DNA from: Acutalibacteraceae bacterium
GTDB taxonomy: Bacteria; Bacillota_I; Bacilli_A; RFN20; CAG-449
Assembly: GCA_963610315.1 (NCBI GenBank)
Contig: CAVDMV010000004.1
Location: 7,381-71,380 of the forward strand
Reading direction: 5' to 3'
Length of the DNA stretch: 64,000 nucleotides
Under the pieces are notes generated by a model that worked only from the letters and a program-made list of their open reading frames with translations, was not told where the DNA came from and did not search any database. The position numbers were made by a program, and so were the translations under genes. Below are positions 28,988 to 36,519 of the stretch, piece by piece. Position 1 is the stretch's first letter; each line of letters opens with the position of its first letter.

Positions 28988-29311
28988 TTGATAATTATAT
29001 TTTTCTTAAATGTTTTTAGTTATACTACATCTAGATTAAATTGCTATGCTGACAATAAAACATGTTATACTGTTTTAGAAACATCATATTATTCTGCTTA
29101 TTCAGTTTTTGCTTATAATTTAGATAATTTTCTTATATTAATCATAATAACATTGATAATGTTTAGTATTAGTCTAACAACTATGATTTCTTCGATTATA
29201 TTTAAAAATAAGCATTATAATTTTGTTTCTTTTGGACTCTCATTTATTGTTATATGTTTAATGGCGGCTATGTTAATAATCGCTAGAGTGGGACCACGAA
29301 AAATGGCTTAA
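28988..29311 (+). CDS. Small hydrophobic protein of unknown function; start unresolved, possibly a frameshifted gene beginning at 28930
   Basis: The ORF has only a TTG start and no SD. A 29-codon ORF with a strong RBS (GAGAGGTG) starts at 28930 in the -1 frame and overlaps it. Two predicted TM segments. Confidence 0.4.
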   Translation: MIIIFFLNVFSYTTSRLNCYADNKTCYTVLETSYYSAYSVFAYNLDNFLILIIITLIMFSISLTTMISSIIFKNKHYNFVSFGLSFIVICLMAAMLIIARVGPRKMA

Positions 29312-29326
29312 TAATTATGAATAATT

Positions 29327-29361
29327 AAAAAAGTTGAGATTTTCATCGTCTCAACTTTTTT
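29327..29361. terminator. Bidirectional terminator between the small membrane ORF and pepT
   Basis: Stem GTTGAGA / TCTCAAC flanked by A5 and T6. Confidence 0.7.
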
Positions 29362-29366
29362 AATAG

Positions 29367-30569
29367 CTATTTCGATTCTAATAAAACTTTAACAACTTCG
29401 ACCATTTGTTCCATTTCGTCAATATCAACATATTCATATCGACCATGGCAATTATAGTCTCCAGTACCTAAATTAGGACATGGTAAACCCATAAATGTAA
29501 TACTAGCTCCATCGGTTCCACCTCTAATTGGAGTAAATGTTGGTTCAATATTTAATTTTTTATAAGCATTACTAGCTTTAGTAACTGCAGTCATATCATT
29601 TTTAAAATATTCATACATATTATGATATCCTTCTTTTGATATTACTTCGATATGAGCATGAGGATATTTTAAAGATAATTTTCTTTCAATTTCAAAGAAC
29701 TTACCTACTCTTTCATGAATCTTATTAGAATCATGATCTCTAACAATATAATACATATTAGTTTCTTCAACTGTTCCTCTTATATCGTTTAAATGAGAGA
29801 AACCTTCATATTTTTCGGTATTCGCAGGAGTTTCGTTTGGTAATAATGAATTAAATTCTTGAGCGACTAAAATAGAATTAACCATAATTCCTTTCGCGCT
29901 TCCTGGATGAATTCCTACACCCTTAATTTTTACTTGGATTGAATAAGCGTTGAAATTTTCATAATTTATATCATTGAATCTTCCCCCATCTAAGGTATAA
30001 GCAATTTTTGCATTCATTTTATTTACGTCAAAGTTTTCGCTTCCCCTACCAACTTCTTCATCAGGAGTAAAACAGATTCTTATAGGCGCATGAACAATAT
30101 CTTTATGGGTTACATAATATTCCATGATTTCCATAATGATTGCAACACCTGCTTTATCATCTCCTCCGAGAAGATGATCTCCATCAGTGACGATAATATC
30201 ATGACCAATATTACCTTTTAATGATGGAAATTCTTTTGGCGACATTGTATATGTATCATTTAATTTAATATCTTTTCCATCATAATTTTTAATAATACGA
30301 GGAGTATAATTTCCTCCAATTAATTCTGGAGATGTATCCATATGGGCGATTAAACCAATTGGATCTAAAGTTTCATCTCCATCTAAATAAGCATATACTA
30401 AGCCATATTCATCTAAATAAGCATTACTAATACCTAAGTTATGAAGTTCTTCAACTAATTCTTTAGCTAGATTAAGTTGAATAGAGGTACTTGGAGTTAA
30501 TGTTGATTCTTCATCGCTCATTGTATCAATCGCGATATATCTTAAAAATTTTTCTACTACTTTTGACAT
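29367..30569 (-). CDS. pepT: Peptidase T (tripeptide aminopeptidase, M20B)
   Basis: 400 aa. N-terminus KFLRYIAIDTMSDE, HMDTSPE, GGDDKAG, and TPDEEVG metal ligands typical of PepT. Confidence 0.93.
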   Translation of the reverse strand: MSKVVEKFLRYIAIDTMSDEESTLTPSTSIQLNLAKELVEELHNLGISNAYLDEYGLVYAYLDGDETLDPIGLIAHMDTSPELIGGNYTPRIIKNYDGKDIKLNDTYTMSPKEFPSLKGNIGHDIIVTDGDHLLGGDDKAGVAIIMEIMEYYVTHKDIVHAPIRICFTPDEEVGRGSENFDVNKMNAKIAYTLDGGRFNDINYENFNAYSIQVKIKGVGIHPGSAKGIMVNSILVAQEFNSLLPNETPANTEKYEGFSHLNDIRGTVEETNMYYIVRDHDSNKIHERVGKFFEIERKLSLKYPHAHIEVISKEGYHNMYEYFKNDMTAVTKASNAYKKLNIEPTFTPIRGGTDGASITFMGLPCPNLGTGDYNCHGRYEYVDIDEMEQMVEVVKVLLESK

Positions 30570-30865
30570 ATAATTATTCCTTCCTTTAGATTAGTCTCAT
30601 TATATCATTTCAGTTAAATATTATTTATAGATAGAGAAAAAATTACTAAAAAATTACTAAGTTATACACTGATAATGGGAGGTGTAAATTTGTAAAAATT
30701 TTCATTACTTTTCTAACAATATTTAGTTTACTTTAAGTCTTAAAATTGATATATTTTATTTACAACGTTTCGCAAGCAGGATAATAGCTTACGGAAACAA
30801 ATATTAACCTTGAAAAAGGCGTGTTTGTTTTTTGTTGACGAAAAATTTGGGTGAGGGAGCAGACT

Positions 30866-33040
30866 ATGAAGATAATTAAAAGAAATGGTTCAGAAGTAAA
30901 ATTTGATATTAAAAAGATTGTCGCAGCGATGGAAAAAGCTAATGCAACTGTCGATGAAATTAATAAAATCTCTGAAGAAGAAATTTATGAAATTGCTGGA
31001 AAGATTTGTTCTAGCATGAAATCTATTAAAAGAGCTCTCACCGTTGAAGAAATTCAAGATATGGTTGAAACTGAATTGATGGAAAGAAAATTTTTCGCGC
31101 TTGCAAAAAATTATATTACCTATCGTTATCAAAGAGCTTTAGTTAGAAAAGCAAATACTACTGACGCACAAATCATGTCTTTAATTGAATGCAATAACGA
31201 AGAAGTAAAACAAGAAAATTCTAATAAGAATCCAACTGTTAACTCTGTTCAAAGAGATTATATGGCTGGCGAAGTTTCTAAAGATGTTACAAAGAGATTC
31301 CTCCTTCCTGAAGATATTGTTAAAGCACATGAAGAAGGTATTATTCATTTCCATGATGCAGATTACTTCGCTCAACATATGCATAACTGTGATTTAGTTG
31401 ATTTAGAAGATATGTTACAAAATGGCACAGTCATTTCGGGAACTATGATTGAAAAACCTAAATCTTTCTCTACTGCTTGTAATATTGCTACACAAATTAT
31501 TGCCCAAGTTGCTTCTAATCAATATGGTGGTCAATCGATCTCTTTAAGCCATTTAGCTCCTTTTGTTCAAGTATCAAGAGAAAAAATTACTAGAGAAGTA
31601 AAGAATGAATTTGAAACTAACAATATTCCTTATACTGAAGAACAAATTAAAAATATTGTTGAAACAAGAGTAAGAGAAGAAATTAAAAAAGGTGTTCAAA
31701 CTATTCAATATCAAGTAGTTACATTAATGACTACCAATGGTCAAGCTCCATTCGTTACTGTATTTATGTATTTAAATGAAATTGAAGATGGTAGAACTAA
31801 AGATGACTTAGCTTTAATTATTGAAGAAGTCTTAAGAGAAAGATACCAAGGGGTAAAAAATGAACAAGGTGTTTGGATCACTCCAGCTTTCCCTAAATTA
31901 ATTTATGTTCTTGAAGAAGATAATATAAAAGAAGGCTCAAGATATTGGTATTTAACTGAACTTGCAGCAAAATGCTCTGCAAAGAGATTAGTTCCTGATT
32001 ATATTTCTGAAAAGAAAATGCTCGAATTAAAAATAGATGCAAATGGTGAAGGACATTGTTATCCATGTATGGGATGTAGATCTTTCTTAACTCCATATGT
32101 TGATGAAAATGGTAAACCTAAATATTATGGTAGATTTAACCAAGGTGTTGTAACTATTAATTTAGTTGATGTCGCGTGCTCTGCTCAAGACATGGATGAC
32201 TTCTGGAAGATTCTTGATGATCGTCTAGACTTATGTTACAGAGCTTTAATGTGTAGACATAATAGATTAAAAGGTACTTTATCTGATTCTGCCCCTATCT
32301 TATGGCAATATGGCGCTTTAGCGAGACTAAAGAAAGGTGAACCAATTGATAAGCTTCTCTATGGAGGCTATTCAACTATTTCATTAGGATATGCAGGCCT
32401 ATGGGAATGTGTATATAAATTAATTGGTCAAAAATTAACTTCAAAAGATGGTGAAGAATTAGGTTTACGCATTATGAAGAAATTAAATAATGCTTGTAAC
32501 ACTTGGAAGAAGAAAGAAAATATCGATTTTTCAATCTATGGTACACCACTTGAATCAACAACATATAAATTCGCGAAGAGTTTACAAAAGAGATTTGGAA
32601 TTATTGAAGGTGTAACTGATAAGAACTACATCACTAATTCATATCACATTAAAGTCACTGAAGAGATTAATGCTTTTGAAAAACTTGCGTTTGAATCTAA
32701 ATTCCAAAAATTATCTCCAGGCGGAGCGATCTCTTATGTCGAAGTTCCTAATTTAAACAACAATATTCCTGCAGTATTAGAAGTAATGAAATTTATTTAT
32801 GAAAATATTATGTATGCAGAATTAAATACTAAATCTGATTATTGCCAAGTATGTGGATATGACGGTGAAATTATGATTGTTAAAGATGCAGATAATAAAT
32901 TAGTTTGGGAATGCCCAAAATGCGGTAATAGAGATCAAACTAAATTAAATGTCGCACGTAGAACTTGTGGATATATTGGTTCACAATTCTGGAATCAAGG
33001 TAGAACTCAAGAAATTAAAGAAAGAGTTCTTCATCTATAG
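30866..33040 (+). CDS. nrdD: Anaerobic ribonucleoside-triphosphate reductase
   Basis: N-terminal ATP-cone (KRNGSEVKFDIKKI), C-terminal Zn ribbon CQVCG...CPKCG, and glycyl-radical motif RRTCGYIG. Start set at ATG 30866 after GGGTGAGGGAG. Confidence 0.96.
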   Translation: MKIIKRNGSEVKFDIKKIVAAMEKANATVDEINKISEEEIYEIAGKICSSMKSIKRALTVEEIQDMVETELMERKFFALAKNYITYRYQRALVRKANTTDAQIMSLIECNNEEVKQENSNKNPTVNSVQRDYMAGEVSKDVTKRFLLPEDIVKAHEEGIIHFHDADYFAQHMHNCDLVDLEDMLQNGTVISGTMIEKPKSFSTACNIATQIIAQVASNQYGGQSISLSHLAPFVQVSREKITREVKNEFETNNIPYTEEQIKNIVETRVREEIKKGVQTIQYQVVTLMTTNGQAPFVTVFMYLNEIEDGRTKDDLALIIEEVLRERYQGVKNEQGVWITPAFPKLIYVLEEDNIKEGSRYWYLTELAAKCSAKRLVPDYISEKKMLELKIDANGEGHCYPCMGCRSFLTPYVDENGKPKYYGRFNQGVVTINLVDVACSAQDMDDFWKILDDRLDLCYRALMCRHNRLKGTLSDSAPILWQYGALARLKKGEPIDKLLYGGYSTISLGYAGLWECVYKLIGQKLTSKDGEELGLRIMKKLNNACNTWKKKENIDFSIYGTPLESTTYKFAKSLQKRFGIIEGVTDKNYITNSYHIKVTEEINAFEKLAFESKFQKLSPGGAISYVEVPNLNNNIPAVLEVMKFIYENIMYAELNTKSDYCQVCGYDGEIMIVKDADNKLVWECPKCGNRDQTKLNVARRTCGYIGSQFWNQGRTQEIKERVLHL

Positions 33041-33042
33041 TT

Positions 33043-33567
33043 ATGAACTATGCAACAATTAAAAATTATGATATTGCGAATGGCTTAGGCGTTCGCGTAT
33101 CATTATTTGTTTCTGGTTGTACTCATCATTGCAAAGGATGTTTCAATGAAATTGCTTGGGATTTTAACTACGGTAGTGAATTCACTAAAGAAGTAGAAGA
33201 CGAAATCATTGAAATGTGTAGACCTAGTTATATTAGAGGTTTATCTTTACTTGGTGGAGAACCATTTGAAGTTTCTAATCAACATGGATTAACTGAATTA
33301 TTAAGAAGATTTAAAAAAGAATTTCCTTCTAAAGATGTATGGTGTTACAGCGGTTATCTATATGAAAATATCTTAGATGAAACTTATCGCATCCATACTG
33401 ATGTTACTAATGAAATGTTAAGTTTAATTGATGTATTAGTTGATGGAAAATTTGAAATAGAGAAAAAGGATATATCTTTAAAATTTAAAGGTAGTTCTAA
33501 CCAAAGAATTATTGATGTAAAAAAATCACTAGCACAAAATCAAATAATTAGTTATTTTAATGACTAA
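33043..33567 (+). CDS. nrdG: Anaerobic ribonucleotide reductase activating protein (radical SAM)
   Basis: Cluster motif GCTHHCKGCFN. Immediately downstream of nrdD. Confidence 0.93.
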   Translation: MNYATIKNYDIANGLGVRVSLFVSGCTHHCKGCFNEIAWDFNYGSEFTKEVEDEIIEMCRPSYIRGLSLLGGEPFEVSNQHGLTELLRRFKKEFPSKDVWCYSGYLYENILDETYRIHTDVTNEMLSLIDVLVDGKFEIEKKDISLKFKGSSNQRIIDVKKSLAQNQIISYFND

Positions 33568-33597
33568 AGCTATAGGACTATCTCTATAGCTTTTTTT
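33567..33597 (+). terminator. nrdDG terminator
   Basis: Stem AAGCTATAG / CTATAGCTT followed by T7. Confidence 0.8.
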
Positions 33598-33598
33598 G

Positions 33599-33693
33599 AC
33601 CTTTAAATTCGAGTTTTGTGCAAAAATCTCAGGTGTTTTTGTTTTATATCAAAAATATGCCTTAAATACGAGTTTTATGCAAAAAAAGTCCAT
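33599..33693 (+). repeat. Two direct copies of CCTT(T)AAAT(T/A)CGAGTTTT(G/A)TGCAAAAA spaced 60 bp apart
   Basis: Copies start at 33599 and 33659. Non-coding, upstream of the DAK2/plsX operon. The core resembles the 26902/26962 repeats. Confidence 0.7.
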
Positions 33694-33830
33694 TGTTTTT
33701 ATTAAATTATCTATTATTTAATTGTTTTCATGTTAACACATGTAAAAATAATATCTTTAATGATTAGTTTAAATTTGTTATTATAGATATGGAAGTTGTA
33801 TATTTATATACAAAATTAAAGGTGAAGCTT

Positions 33831-35453
33831 ATGATTAAAATTGTTGACGGAAAGCTTTTTGCTCAACTAGTTAAGAATGGATATGAGAATTTAAAATTAG
33901 ATAAAGACTATATCAATGAATTAAATGTTTTCCCAATTCCTGATGGTGATACTGGTACTAATATGCTCGCGACTCTTGAAGGAGGAGTTAATGCGACTTC
34001 TTCATTAGAAGAAAGAGATATCTCTAAAGTTTCTAAATTAATGGCAAGAAATATGTTAATGACAGCTAGAGGTAATTCAGGTGTTATTACTTCTCAAATA
34101 TTTAAAGGTATCGCGAATGGACTAGTAAATAAAACTGAAGTTAATGCAAAAGAATTTGCGTTTGCTTTTACGATGGGTACTAAACAAGCTTATGCAGTAT
34201 GCAAGAATCCAACTGAAGGAACAATTCTTACTGTTATTAGAGAAGCAGGAGAAAAAGCTTATAATTCAATTAATGAAAATTCATCTATTGAAGAATTCTT
34301 TAAATATTATCTTTTAGAAGCGAAAGCTAGTTTAAAAAGAACACCAGATTTATTACCTTGTTTAAAAGAGGCAGGAGTAGTTGATTCTGGCGCAGCAGGA
34401 TTTATTCGTATTGTTGAAGGTATGAATATGTTCTTATTAGGACATATTGTTAGTGGTGAAGATGCTTCTTCTAATAAAACAAAAGAATTCAATGAAGATT
34501 CTATTTTTGAAAGTGGTTATGCTTTTACTGCAACTTTACAATTATTAAAACTTAAATGTAATATTGCAAAATTTGATATTGATTTAGTTAAGAAAGAGAT
34601 TTCTTCTTATGGGGAATTATATTCTTGCTCAATAGATAAAACTATTGTCACCGTTTCATTGAATACAATGTTTCCAGGAAAAGTAATTAATGTATTACAA
34701 AGATATGGTGAATTTATTTCTTTAGATATAAAAAATGAAACAATTTCTTCTTCACCAGTACAAAAAGAAGAAATTAAAAAAGTAGAGCATAAAGAAGTCG
34801 CGATTGTCGCGACTAGCCAAGGACAAGGAATAAGCGAAGTTTTAGAAGAATTAGGCGTTGATGAAATTGTAACCGGTGGACAAACAATGAATCCTTCGAC
34901 TGAAGATTTTATTAAAGCATTCAAGAGATTAAATGCCGACACAATTATTGTTTTCCCTAATAATTCTAATATCTTTATGGCTGCCTCTCTCGCCGCGAGC
35001 CAATATAACGATTCTAAGGTTATCGTATTAAATTCTAAATCGGTCGCGACATGTTATTCATGCATGAGCATGTATGATCTAAGTGAAGGAGTTGATAACT
35101 TAATTAACACCTTTAATGAAATAATTGAAAATGGAAGCTATGGTGAAATCACTTATTCAATTAGAGAAAGTGAAATTAACGGAGTTTCTATTAAAAAAGG
35201 CCAATATATTTCTATTTTAAATCACAATATTGTCGCGAGTAGTGATGATAAAGTTACGGCCTTTAAAGAATTATTATCACATGTTGAAGATATTAAAAAT
35301 AAAGATGTCTTAGTTTTAATTTATGGAAAAGATGTCACTAACGAACAAAAAGAAGAAGTTAGAAATTTCTTAAGTAGTACTTACTCACGTTTAGAATATG
35401 GAGAAATTGACGGGGGACAAGATATTTACGATTTTATTATTTCAATAGAATAG
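33831..35453 (+). CDS. yloV: DAK2-domain fusion protein (YloV family)
   Basis: DhaL-type motif PDGDTGTNM, RGNSG, and DSGAAG. Start set at ATG 33831 after AAAGGTGA. Confidence 0.88.
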   Translation: MIKIVDGKLFAQLVKNGYENLKLDKDYINELNVFPIPDGDTGTNMLATLEGGVNATSSLEERDISKVSKLMARNMLMTARGNSGVITSQIFKGIANGLVNKTEVNAKEFAFAFTMGTKQAYAVCKNPTEGTILTVIREAGEKAYNSINENSSIEEFFKYYLLEAKASLKRTPDLLPCLKEAGVVDSGAAGFIRIVEGMNMFLLGHIVSGEDASSNKTKEFNEDSIFESGYAFTATLQLLKLKCNIAKFDIDLVKKEISSYGELYSCSIDKTIVTVSLNTMFPGKVINVLQRYGEFISLDIKNETISSSPVQKEEIKKVEHKEVAIVATSQGQGISEVLEELGVDEIVTGGQTMNPSTEDFIKAFKRLNADTIIVFPNNSNIFMAASLAASQYNDSKVIVLNSKSVATCYSCMSMYDLSEGVDNLINTFNEIIENGSYGEITYSIRESEINGVSIKKGQYISILNHNIVASSDDKVTAFKELLSHVEDIKNKDVLVLIYGKDVTNEQKEEVRNFLSSTYSRLEYGEIDGGQDIYDFIISIE

Positions 35454-35461
35454 GAGAATTT

Positions 35462-36451
35462 ATGATTAAAGTAGTAGTTGATATTAACGGGGGAGATAAT
35501 GAACCGTCTTTAATGATTAAAGGCATTCTTCAAGCAATAAACGAAAATAAAGATTTAAAAGTAGTTATTGCTGGACAAGAAGAAGTTATTTTAGATGTAT
35601 TAAAGAATGAAAATTATTCTCAAGATCAAATTGAAATTTTACCTGCAGAAGATATTGTCACTAATTACGATATGCCTGCAATGGTATTAAAACAAAAACC
35701 TAATTCTAGTTTAGTTAAAGGTATGAGATATCTAAAAGAGCATGATGACGCTTCTGGAATAGTTTGTATCGGAAATACTGGTGCTGTATTAGCTAGCGCG
35801 ATGTTTGTGGTAGGTAGAATTAATCATTGTCGACCAACTTTAGCGACATTACTCCCTAATGCAGTAGGTGGATATATGATTCTTGCCGACTGCGGCGCGA
35901 ATGTTGATACTAGTGAAGAACAATTATTAAATTTTGCGAAAATGGGTGTAACTTATGCTAAAGCTACTGGAATTTCTTCTCCTAAAGTAGGCTTACTTTC
36001 AAATGGTAAAGAAGATAAAAAAGGTAATGAAGTAACAAAAAATGCGAATGCATTATTACGTGAATCAAATTTAAATTTTGTTGGTAACATCGAAGGAAGT
36101 AATGCATTAAGTGGTGAATGTGATGTTTTAGTAAGTGATGGTTTTGCAGGAAATATCTTATTAAAAAATATTGAAGGTGTCGCGAAAACTATTATTAAAG
36201 AAATGTATATTCAATTAAAGGAAGCTAAAAGTGAAGAAGAAGCTAAAGTTATTAAAAATTTAATTGATAAAATCATGGCAAAATACAATTTTAATGATCT
36301 TGGAGGAGCAATCTTACTTGGAGTAAATAAAATCGTTGTTAAAGGTCATGGTGCCGCGACAGATAAAACAATTGTATCGACATTAAAGATGGTCTATGAC
36401 CTAAGTAAAAATAATCTAATTGAAAACATGAAAAATATTTTAGAAGGTTAA
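35462..36451 (+). CDS. plsX: Phosphate acyltransferase PlsX
   Basis: 329 aa. VVDINGGDN N-terminus, GNTGA, VVKGHGA motifs. Confidence 0.93.
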   Translation: MIKVVVDINGGDNEPSLMIKGILQAINENKDLKVVIAGQEEVILDVLKNENYSQDQIEILPAEDIVTNYDMPAMVLKQKPNSSLVKGMRYLKEHDDASGIVCIGNTGAVLASAMFVVGRINHCRPTLATLLPNAVGGYMILADCGANVDTSEEQLLNFAKMGVTYAKATGISSPKVGLLSNGKEDKKGNEVTKNANALLRESNLNFVGNIEGSNALSGECDVLVSDGFAGNILLKNIEGVAKTIIKEMYIQLKEAKSEEEAKVIKNLIDKIMAKYNFNDLGGAILLGVNKIVVKGHGAATDKTIVSTLKMVYDLSKNNLIENMKNILEG

Positions 36452-36519
36452 ATTTCTTTACAAGAAATTAACCTTTTTTTTAATATTGTATTAACGATAA
36501 AATAAACGGAGGTAAAACT

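Noticed and set aside
30835-30840. TTGACG upstream of nrdD considered as a -35 element
   Set aside because: No acceptable -10 hexamer follows at 16-19 nt, and the sequence runs straight into the RBS GGGTGAGGGAG.
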